A stretch of DNA of 64,000 bases from Podarcis melisellensis (taxonomy: Eukaryota): assembly GCA_964234715.1 (NCBI GenBank), contig OZ174282.1; one strand, given 5' to 3'. Positions 46,515 to 57,100 of this stretch are shown here, piece after piece. Every line of letters starts with the position of its first letter. Position 1 is the stretch's first letter. The translations under genes were made by a program, and so were the position numbers. The notes under the pieces are model-generated. The model ran no database searches, was not told the origin of the DNA, and was given only the letters and a program-made list of their open reading frames with translations.

Positions 46515-46900
46515 TATGAGAGTCTTCGAGGTAGCTCAGGGAAGGAAGAGAAAGAAAAGAGAGTCTATTCTGGAAGCAGACATTAGCCTTCGGAAGATGA
46601 CAAGCCAACTCCACAGGGTGAGAGCGACGGAATTGTCTGGAGTCCGGGGAGCAGAACAACAACAGCCAGAACTCAGGAAACGGCCGGGGTGTAGGTCGAA
46701 GCACAAACCCCTCCTGTATTTCCTGTACCCCTGGGCCGGACACTTCACGATTCTCATAAATAAGCTCCCATGCCAGCTCCTTTCAAGGAGGAATGCCTGT
46801 CATTCCACAGTGCGAACTCTGTTTAGGGCTGGATCTCGGGAAGGGGGGCGGAGTCTTCCAACCCCAGAAGCCAAATAAATCAACACCCCTTGCTCTTTAA
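46515..46900 (-). promoter_or_regulatory. PHACTR4: 5' UTR / proximal promoter of the MGQ first exon
   Basis: Locally CpG-enriched and repeat-free. GC box GGGCGG at 46846-46851. TEAD-type GGAATG at 46790-46795 and CATTCC at 46801-46806. Confidence 0.55.
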
Positions 46901-47915
46901 AAAGCAGGAGTTTAAATGCTGTAAGGGAGTGGAGGAAGGATCAAGAGAGCTCAAAAGAGACTTCAAAGGCAGAACAGCTTTTACAAAAACAGCCCCACTA
47001 CCTAATTGCCACTGTTTTGCTATTCGGAGAAGAAACCTGAGCTTCCCCAGCCCCGTTGAGGGCAGATTAGAAGACCAGTAGACACAGATCCAAAATAAGG
47101 CTCTTATAAGGTGCTCTGTGTTGGTTTGACTCTGCAGAACAATAAATAAAGGCTTAATTAAACAAGAAAGATGGGATTTTATTGGGTGTAGGTGTGCTTA
47201 ATTTCTTCTGTACCAGCATGGACGTGGGCACTGTGCTCCGCATGAAAAGGAAATGTGAGCTGAGGGTGACAGTGACTTTGCTAATACAGTATATCAATTG
47301 TGTGTGCCTCCTATGGGACTCATAAAGCTTGCAAAATGTGCAAACAATTAATTGGGCTAACCAAAGGGATAGTTTCGTTCTTATTCAGTATGTGTTGTCT
47401 TATTTAACATAACACGTCTTGTGTAAGACACGTAGTATGTGAGAAACAGAATTCCCTCTAGTATCTGACTTAAAGCACTGTATGCGTCCATGATCTGCCA
47501 ATAATTTAATTCCCACCATTATGAAACACTGATATAAGCCCTGTGCATGCATCTGCCAGTGTACAAACTTTCAATTAAAGTGGTCCTTCCTAAGGAGATG
47601 GCATTTGATTTCATGGATTGTGGCAAGTTAGCCATAAGACATAAAGTTAGTGTGGAAGAGAAATATTGGGGTGGGGGAGCAGGGGGAATCCCACACCTCT
47701 GGCTTCAACGCTTACTGCAGTTGTTGAGCTTGCTTTTCCTTCCAGTTGAGATTTCCAACCTAACAGATGGATAAAACCCCAACTATTCCAGATTCCAAGA
47801 CAGATTCAGCTGCATTGCACTTCACAAGACTTGGAATCTGTATTATGGTCAATTAAAGAACTCAGCTTCATCAAGACACTTAATTTAAAGCTCAAGTTGT
47901 TTGTTTTGAAACATA

Positions 47916-48141
47916 CAGTGGTACCTCGGGTTAAGTACTTAATTCGTTCCGGAGGTCTGTTCTTAACCTGAAACTGTTCTTAACCTGAAGCACCACTTTA
48001 GCTAATGGGGCCTCCCGCTGCTGCCGTGCTGCCGGAGCACGATTTCTGCTCTCATCCTGAAGCAAAGTTCTTAACCCGAGGTACTATTTCTGGGTTAGCG
48101 GAGTCTGTAACCTGAAGCGTATGTAACCCGAGGTACCACTG
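47916..48141. mobile_element. Tigger-like MITE
   Basis: TA TSD; cagtggtacctcgggtta / taacccgaggtaccactg. Confidence 0.9.
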
Positions 48142-48989
48142 TACAAGAAATCACCCAGACACTAAGTGCAAAGGTGAGGCAGCAATGTTGAGTCTTCAAA
48201 GAAAGAAGAGTTTGGGAGAATGGATTTCCTCAGCCAAAAGGGATGATAGATGAAATAGATTGATGATAGATCAGTGGACAGTTGTCTGGTGGCCCATTCT
48301 CAGAGAACACTGAGGTCTATTTAAAGCACTAGGTGTTCACTGTTAAGATACAGGTTAAATCCAACAGATGAATTTCAAAATGACCAATTCCATTAGTCAT
48401 TTAATTTTTTTAAGGGGGAAAATATTTGTTTTCAGTTTTTGTGATAGTGAGCTTCTTTTATACGCAACGTTTAATACTGAATCATCCTAGACTCAGTTGA
48501 AAGTATACTGCACCAAACATGTGGGATGAACTTCCAAGTGAATGTGCCTAGGATCGGGGGTGAGACAATTTGTATCTAGAAATATTTGGCTTGCCATAGG
48601 TCCTGTAAAATGGTTCACAACTTCCTGTGTTGCCCTGGCAAAAGGCTGGTTTGCACACAAAAGCAATGATGAACCCCCCCCATTTCTACAGTAGCTAACT
48701 TGACTATATTTTGGTTAATGTCTAAAGGGCATTCATGTGTCTCAAAACACTTAGTAAACATGCCCTAGGAGCCTGTGCTAATTGCTGCTCTTTGGGACAC
48801 ATTTACCACACCTTTTCGGTCATGTTAATGCCTTTTGAACATTCACAATGGAAATGAAGACTCTGCATTTTGCTGATATCTGAAGCAACCTTGATTGAAG
48901 TCAGATATTACACTTCTCCTGGCCCAGTGTTTCAATAGGCCAAAGAGAAGCTGACCCTGTCAGATGTCAAAGCCTCATTAGGGAATGTA

Positions 48990-49720
48990 TGGGGTGTTAG
49001 GGGAGGGATAGTACCTCTATAGTGGGGGACACACCATGCTCCTTCTGGGGTAGTTTGCCCACCTTTGGTCCCCACCCTGCAGTTATCTCTCACCTGTGGC
49101 TCCTATCAGCATGTGACAGCGGCCGCACCTCACAAACAGCTTCGACTAGCAGGCTAAACCAGGTGAAGGTAGCCAATGGGTCTCAAACCCTCAGTGAGTT
49201 AGTATGTGAAATTAGCATGAGAAAACATGCTCTGGCAGATTGAGCAGACAAGATCAATAGTGGGTCCAACAGTCAAGAAGGCAGCTTCTGCATGTGTTGT
49301 AGAGGGAAGAGAGGCAGCTGGTGCTTGTCAACTTGGGAAAGTAGCCCATCTAGGAGAAAGAAAACTCTGATCCTAACCCTCCACTACCTTGCAGGGTTAT
49401 CTATGGGGGAAGAAAGGGCTAAGAAGTAAACCCTACACAAATCTGGAGTGGAGTCCCTAAGATGGTTGGATGGCAGCTTGTATGCCTCCTTCCAGCAACT
49501 CCTGCAGCCAAATTGGTGCCAAACATATTGCTCTGCTTTCCTTTGGACCACATCAGCATGGCTGAGATGAGGGTCTTGTTGTCTGTACAGCCCAGGACCT
49601 CCATATACACTGCCTGGGCTTGCACCTTGGGGAGGTCACTTTGGTGCTGCTAACGCAGCGGTTTGATTTCACCCCCAGAGTCGCACTCCATTGTCTCCTG
49701 AGACAGACAGGGGCCAACAA
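48990..49720 (+). mobile_element. RTE-clade LINE 5'-UTR-derived non-autonomous element
   Basis: ggtccccacc...ctctcacctgtggctcc...cagcggccgcacc...gctaaaccaggtgaaggtagcc resembles recalled vertebrate RTE 5' UTRs; no RT ORF follows; ends in gccaacaa. Confidence 0.5.
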
Positions 49721-50784
49721 TTAGGAAAGACAGTCTCATACATTAGGAATCACTGAAATATTGAGTGGTCTCCCACAACTGCAGAACTGAAGGATAGAAT
49801 TTCCATTACCACCTCAAAAATTGTATCTTAAAATAATGAGGCTGAACTTCAGACTTCAAAGATAAGCAAATTTATTTCAATAAGAGAAGCAAGGTTAAAT
49901 GTGGTCAATACAAGTAAATAGAGCAACAGCAGCTTTCTCTGCAGCGATAGTCAATCTTCAAAGCCCTTCAGCAAATTTTATTAAAACCAGTTTCAGCTGG
50001 AAGACCTGCGTTCAAATCCGTACTGTGGCATAGATTTACTGAGGGGCTTTCCATGATCTCTGCATGGTTTTCTAATAAATGAGGAACTAAGATCTCCCTT
50101 TTAAAAAAGGTGTTATGAGGTTAAGAAAAATGTTGCTACTTGTCAAAAGTTGGAGGGAAGCGATGGGTTTCACCTTTAAGTCATCCTCAAGATAAATTAC
50201 TTCATTAAAAAAAAAAGAACCTTCTTTTCTTGAGCATATTGGGAATACTTCATTATTGTGTCACTGGGCTGCCCTTGAACACTATCCAGAGGCTATACTG
50301 AACACAGTTGTGCTTGCATCTCTTAGGAGACAAACTCCTTCTCTATATGTGATTAATACACTTAATCTACATTTCTGCCCAATAGCATAGTTCTCTAGAA
50401 GGCTCACAAAGATATAAAAATATAACAAACAATATTAAAAATATAATAAAAATAATTGCTGCAGAAACATTTGGAGCACAGGGACATCTAAATCCAAATT
50501 GAAAATCAGTGGGATAGCTATCAGATTTTTTAAATAAGCCTTGTGGGGGGGAGTCTTCATCTGACACTGAAATTACCTCAATAAAGTTGTCAGGAGAGTC
50601 TCTCTTGAGGCTGGTGCGTTCTCTCTCTCTCTCTCTCTCTCTCACCCACACACACCCATGGTGTAGGGCAGGGGTAGGAAACCTAAGGCCCGGGGGCCAG
50701 AGATGGCCCAATCGCCTTCTCGGTCTGGACCGCGGACGGTCTGGGAATCAGTGTGTTTTTACATGAGTAGAATGTGTCCTTTTA

Positions 50785-50995
50785 CCATATTTTTTGCTCC
50801 ATAAGATGCACCTGATCATAAGACACACCTAGTTTTTAGAGGAGAAAAACACGAAAAAAATATTCTGAATCAAATGTTGTACTAAACTATTTAAAGCAGC
50901 AAAGCGGGCAGCTCCTGTCCGCTTTGCTGCTTTAAAGCGAGCCTCAGAGGAGGTAAGGAAAGAAAAAAGTGTGTCTTATGAAGCGAAAAATACGG
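50785..50995. mobile_element. Nested mariner-type MITE
   Basis: TA TSD; ccatattttttgctccataaga / tcttatgaagcgaaaaatacgg. Confidence 0.85.
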
Positions 50996-51176
50996 TATTT
51001 AAAATGCACCTCTGGGTTATTTGTGGGACCTGCCTGGTGTTTTTACATGAAGAGAATGTGTGCTTTTATTTAAAATGCATCTCTGGGTTATTTGTGGGGC
51101 ATAGGAATTCGTTCTTTTTTTCCCCTTTCAAAATATAGTCCAGCCCACCACATGGTCTGAGGGACTGTAGACCAAC

Positions 51177-51854
51177 CATAGCTGTCAAGTGTCCCTTATT
51201 TGAAGGGACAGTCCCTTATTCCAGCGCCATGTCCCGCTGCTGTCCCTTATTGATGGATGTCCCAACACATGGTCTGAGGGACTGTAGACCAACCATAGCT
51301 GTCAAGTGTCCCTTATTTGAAGGGACAGTCCCTTATTCCAGCGCCATGTCCCGCTGCTGTCCCTTATTGATGGATGTCCCTTAAATTTCAAAGGAAGCAG
51401 CTCCTCTCCCTCCCTCCCTGCCGGCCAGGGAGGAGGGAGGCTCCAACTGTGTTGCTTGGCTGTATTGCTCACCCAATAAGAAGTCTAAGAACGACTGGGG
51501 GTGGAGCTTGCATGCCTTGTGTGTCGCTAGTTAATGCAAGCTGAGGGGGGTTTTGAATGCTGGACGCCATTTTGTTGCACATGCTGCTGCAAACTTTGGG
51601 GGAGCCATCTTAAGTTGAGGCTGCATAGGCTTTGTGGTGCATGTGATTCAGATTCTATTCAGTTGAACCTCTGGTTACAAAGTTGGTTGGACAGTGTTCT
51701 CAAAGCTACCAGCATGTTTGACCAGACTGCAGGAGGACAGGAAGACTGGAGTGCCTGGAACAGGTGAGGCTGCAGGTCCCTTATTTTGGCTGCTGGTCCC
51801 TTATTTTCAAGGCTGCAGGTCCCTTATTTTCAAATCTGTAAGTTGACAGCTATG
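51177..51854. mobile_element. Nested hAT element with gtcccttatt subterminal repeats
   Basis: TIRs catagctgtcaa / ttgacagctatg; TSD agaccaac / agaccgac. Confidence 0.85.
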
Positions 51855-52892
51855 AGACCGACCCATGGCTGAAAAAGGTTGCTGACCCCTGGTAAAGGGG
51901 CAGTTTACAGATCCATGCTCCAGCAGCCCTTTGTGGATCCTCACTTCTGCCTCTAGGCCTGAAATCCCACTTGGAAGTGGGTTAAACATACCTCCTTTAC
52001 TCAGTAACAGTGTTCTTGATCATTGCCTTCAGCAGAGGTATACATATTTCAGGAAATGTTAAGTCATTCATACAGTCAGTACCAAAGAAATGCCACAATA
52101 GCTGATCTGCAACTATTCTGAACCACCCATCAATAAGACAAGCTATTTATAGTCATTGGTCTCACTAGGCGGGAATCTGTATACAAAGCAACTTTCCTAG
52201 AAGCAAGAATCTTAAGGTTTAAGGAAGTTTGTATTAAGCATTAATTACTTCTAAGGGTCTCCGGGTCTAACTGAGATATCCATCTTTACAGCACACATTC
52301 AATGGCCAAAGTCCAGTGGCAGCACTAACTCAGGGACCTCCATATATCAAGGTGACTAGCTCTCATCCCCCAGTTCACAATGTGCATATCAAGATATACC
52401 TATAGAATAAACAAGACCACATTACTCACACATACCAAGCCATGCACGATAAGCGAAGGCAAACACCACCAAGCTGCCACCACTTATGGAAACTAGAGCC
52501 TTGAAAAACACAAAAAACATATGCCTTCCAACATGAGACCTAACATGAGACCTAAATACTGAAGAACTCAAGTGAACAGATATCAACTCTGGCAATATTT
52601 TTAAAGGGCATCTTCAAATTCTTTCCAAAAAGAAAAAAATGGTGCTATAAAATAAAAGAGAGAGAGATACTAGAAAAATTGGGGCTGTCCCTATAAATAG
52701 GAAAAGTTATAACATTTACATATTGAAGAAAAAATAATGTTAGTACCTCATACCTTCTAAGAAAAAGAAACTGCAACCAACCCTTTCAACAGAGTTCAAT
52801 AAAAATTAGAGAGCCTTAATTGCAAAAGTAGTACCTACAGAAAGTTGCAAAAAGTTCTCTGATTTGTAATTTTGTAAATAAAAAAAAGGGGG

Positions 52893-53258
52893 GGGACGCA
52901 GGTGGCGCTGTGGGTTAAAGCCTCAGCGCCTAGGACTTGCCGATCGAAAGGTCGGCGGTTCGAATCCCTGCGGCGGGGTGCGCTCCCGCTGCTCGGTCCC
53001 AGCGCCTGCCAACCTAGCAGTTCGAAAGCACCTCCGGGTGCAAGTAGATAAATAGGGACCGCTTACCAGCGGGAAGGTAAACGGCGTTTCCGTGTGCGGC
53101 TCTGGCTCGCCAGATGCAGCTTTGTCACGCTGGCCACGTGACCCGGAAGTGTCTCCGGACAGCGCTGGCCCCTGGCCTCTTAAGTGAGATGGGCGCACAA
53201 CCCCAGAGTCTGTCAAGACTGGCCCGTACGGGCAGGGGTACCTTTACCTTTACCTTTA
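52893..53258 (+). mobile_element. Full-length young Sauria SINE
   Basis: Box A (ggtggcgctgtgg) and box B (ggttcgaatcc); CpGs retained; (acctt)n tail. Confidence 0.93.
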
Positions 53259-53809
53259 AATTTAAAAATAGCTTTTTATTGGTTCTGGAGGGGGGCGTCT
53301 TCTGGGTTGTTTTGTGGCAGGCTTGCTTGGATGTTTTATTTCAAAAAAGCACAAGGAAGAAAGTTCTGCTATTCCACCCACCACAACTGAATAATCTGAA
53401 TAATAAACATCTGAATAATCTAGATAATCTTAGACCTACAGATTGACAGGGATGAGCAAAGCATGATTATTTCCCATTTTAAATTCATCCATCCCCAAGG
53501 ATGGCTGGAAAGACCCTGCCTAAAGTATCCCTGATGTGGGATTTTGGAAAGTCTTTCCAGCAGCCTTTAGAGAAGGATACTTGTATGGAACATTTGTGCT
53601 TTGCCCTTCACCACCCACCCGTGTGCTCAGGAATCCAGTACTGGGCTTCTAGGTATTTTGGCTAATACCTGGGACCCACAGGATCAATCCCCTACACATA
53701 TCCATAACCTGCTGAGGTTGTACATGTTCCCCTCACATCCTCAGTGAGCCCTTGGTCATGGCCCCAAGTGGTTGCTCACACTTGGCACCCAACACTAGCA
53801 AGCTACCTA

Positions 53810-54177
53810 AGGTAAAGGTAAAGGTAAAGGTACCCCTGCCCGTACGGGCCAGTCTTGACAGACTCTGGGGTTGTGCGCCCATCTCACTTAAGAGGCCAGG
53901 GGCCAGCGCTGTCCGAAGACACTTCCGGGTCACGTGGCCAGCGTGACAAAGCTGCATCTGGCGAGCCAGAGCAGCACACGGAAACACCATTTACCTTCCC
54001 GCCGGAGTGGTACCTATTTATCTACTTGCACCCGGAGGTGCTTTCGAACTGCTAGGTTGGCAGGCGCTGGGACCGAGCAGCGGGAGCGCACCCCGCCGCA
54101 GGGATTCGAACCGCCGACCTTTCGATCGGCAAGTCCTAGGCGCTGAGGCTTTAACCCACAGCGCCACCTGTGTCCCT
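53810..54177 (-). mobile_element. Full-length young Sauria SINE
   Basis: Reverse complement of 52893-53258; 12-bp TSD gcaagctaccta (53798-53809, 54178-54189). Confidence 0.95.
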
Positions 54178-57100
54178 GCAAGCTACCTAGTTGTGCTTAA
54201 AGACAGGATCCGTCAGCCCTGACTGGCAAAGTTTAACCCGCATTTGAAAAAAGAGAAAATGTGAACCAATACCAATCCCTCCATTCTCTTCAAAATCCTC
54301 CCATTAATGTCACAAAAAGGAATTCAACATTTAATTGCACTTGAAGCTTGAAGTTTAGAAGTTGCTTTGAGGCCCCCTGGAGCCATCTGGAGGCCCACAG
54401 GATACTACAATAAGGAATGACTAACATTCTTTGCCTTCACTATTGCAACACAAACATTTTCAGTGACTCAAACAATCAAACACATCAGATGTTAACATGG
54501 GAGGATCCTTTCGCCAGTCCTGAACTGTCAGTTCAGGATCAACAATGATGGAGCAATTGCTTTACAACTATCTCGGCAACAGGGACCCCACAGATTAGAT
54601 AGAAGATCCAAATTGAAGAAAGATTTTTTAAAAAGATTCTTATTGTCCGATGAATGCAACACTACTGGATTTATAAACATTCCTGGAGGGAGCTCAAGGC
54701 GGGGAGAGGTGGAAACCAATAGCATTCTGAACATTCTTAAATAGTTTTGCTCTGTTTCATCAGGTTCTCCCCTCCCACCCTCCCCCTTTCCAAGTGCCCA
54801 CTTTGAAGGGCTTTTAACCTGCTTGTTGGATTTTCCTCTTGGCTTTCATATTTTACTAGACCAAGCTTGTGACACCTGTGGACCTTCGGATGTTGCAGAG
54901 CTACAGCTTCTATTAACCCTGACCATTGGCCATGCTGGTTGGGATAGATGAGGGTTGGAGTCCAAGAACATCTGGATGACCACAGGTTCTCCATCCCTGA
55001 CAACTGAAGGCCTGCTTTCTCATGTTCAAGATTTGGGTGCCCACACCTTAAGTCTCAAAAGAAGGGCCAGCTAATGTGGCATCTCCAAATACTGTTGGGC
55101 TCCAACTCCCATCTGCCTCTGCCTGCAGCATGGCCAACAGGTGAGGGATGATGGACACTGTAGTCCAGCAGCATTTGGCCACCCCAACTTCTTAAATAGT
55201 ATGGAAAATGGAAAATGAGAATATAGCACTTGCACTCATTTCCCCACAGTATTTGCATTCCCCTAACCCTTGAGGAAATAAGGCTGCCACCGTATATATA
55301 TATGTGTGTGTTTGTATGTGTATGCGCACACTTTTTATGCAGTTGGTAACAATTAATACAACCACATTGCAAAAGCTCAAGAAGAACATTTTTCATTTTG
55401 TTTTTTGACAAATCCCAAAGGAAAAGAAAATGACAACTTCTTAATTTAGCAAAAGGGAGCTTTTAGGTATCCCCCCCAAAGGCAGTATTTAATATTTCCC
55501 CATCGAACTTAGCAAAGAAAACATTCCAAATTACAGTAATGCAATAAAGAAAAATGACTTCTAAAAAACAAACAAGTTCAAGACCCATTTGCATTATAAA
55601 AGAAGATGCTGATTTGGAGACACTGACTTCATTGGTATCACACCCCTTAAAATATTAAAGACTGCAATGTTAGAACCATGACCACTAACTACCACAAGCT
55701 TACCGAACGAATTCAAAACTCCAATCTCTACCAACAGCTTCCATAGTCCAATAAATCCAAAATTCCATCAGAATGGCTCAACTGCAACCAGAAATTCAGC
55801 ATGAAAGGGAGCCAAATTCACTTTGGGTTCACTCAGACACACTGTTCATATTATTCCAATTACTAGAGAGCTCTGAAGGACACACAGGTGTCTAAATTTC
55901 ACAGTCCTTAAACAAGCTTGACAGCTTTCATCTTTCAATGCCAGGAAGTGACAGTCAAACACAGATAGAATAAGGTTGTGCCAATAAGTATTCAGATTGG
56001 TTGGCTGAATTCATGCACTCTGCTTCATTAAGAAAAAAATAGAATAAACCCAACAGAACTGCTAGGTCTAAACATGAAATATGGTCAGTCACAGTTTGCA
56101 AGATACATTAATGATTAAAATCAAATCAGTCAATTTTAATGTCCCAACTATTTCAACTTGATTTGCAATCTGATTTGACAATTTCATGGCTGGCTTTTAA
56201 ATCCAACTCTGTTTATGATTTCCTTCCCCTCCCCCTGCCACCCCCAAATCAAGGGTGTTACTTCTCCCTGCCCCACCTTCTTATTTCACTTTTAGGCACT
56301 TTTTCAACAGTACCTTCCTCCAGATACCTGGTTTTTAAAAGAATAATATCCCTCAAAACCAGATATCTGGAGGAAGGTACTGTTGAAAAAGTGCCAAAAT
56401 TCGTTTGGCAGCTGTGAGCCCATAACTAAACAGGAAATAGAAAGACTTCCCCAAATCTGCTGGAGGGGTAATATATGCCAAACAAAATCATACCCACAAG
56501 ACTTTAATGAAAGTAGAGAATACAAAGTTTTTGTTTTTGGAAACACATCTGGGAGGCAGAATGCACAGCACAGACTAACTTTCCCTAACTTGGTTTGCTC
56601 CAGATGTTTTGCACTACAACTCCCATCAGCCCAAGATGGGAGTCACAGATCAACGTCAGAGGGTAGGCATCAAGTTGGGGAAAGGCTTGTATAGGCAGAT
56701 GTAGCTAACTTCACTAGGCCAAGGAATAAAATGGTGGATGGTAAGCAATGTGCAAAAAATAATAATAATTAAACAAGCCAAAGTCTTCAAAACAGGGAAC
56801 TAATCCAACCTCAAACAAGTACGTTCAGGCATATGTGGAACTTTCTGAAGATCTGAAAATTGAGCCAAAAACCACAGAAACATAGACGGGAAAGGGCAGT
56901 GATGCAGAAACCAGGTGACAGAGCTATCCAGGAGCATCAAAAGGCAACCAGACAAAACAGCATGTTTTTGGAGGGAAGCATATTAACCATAGTTTGCATC
57001 AGTCTGCACACAACTGAAAGAATTCCTAACGTAAGGAATGCAATGAAAACATTCCTCAGAGGAAAAGATGAGAAAGGAGTGATCATGCAAACCATAGTTT

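Larger units (their letters stand above)
50669..51891. mobile_element. hAT MITE hosting two nested transposons
   Basis: caggggtaggaaacc / ggttgctgacccctg ends; degenerate TSD gtgtaggg / gtaaaggg. Confidence 0.8.

Noticed and set aside
46465-46743. 92-aa ORF overlapping the first PHACTR4 exon
   Set aside because: GTG start and wrong frame; the real frame begins at ATG 46514.
51149-51840. CRISPR-like repeats (gtcccttatt)
   Set aside because: These are eukaryotic hAT subterminal repeats plus a tandem duplication; there is no repeat-spacer regularity and no cas genes.
52893-52975. tRNA gene (A and B boxes)
   Set aside because: This is the tRNA-derived head of a Sauria SINE.
55695-55770. Possible upstream PHACTR4 coding exon (G|gtaagc donor)
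   Set aside because: The ATG-led frame ends in phase 2, which is incompatible with the next exon; the phase-1 frame has no ATG and does not resemble MEDPF.
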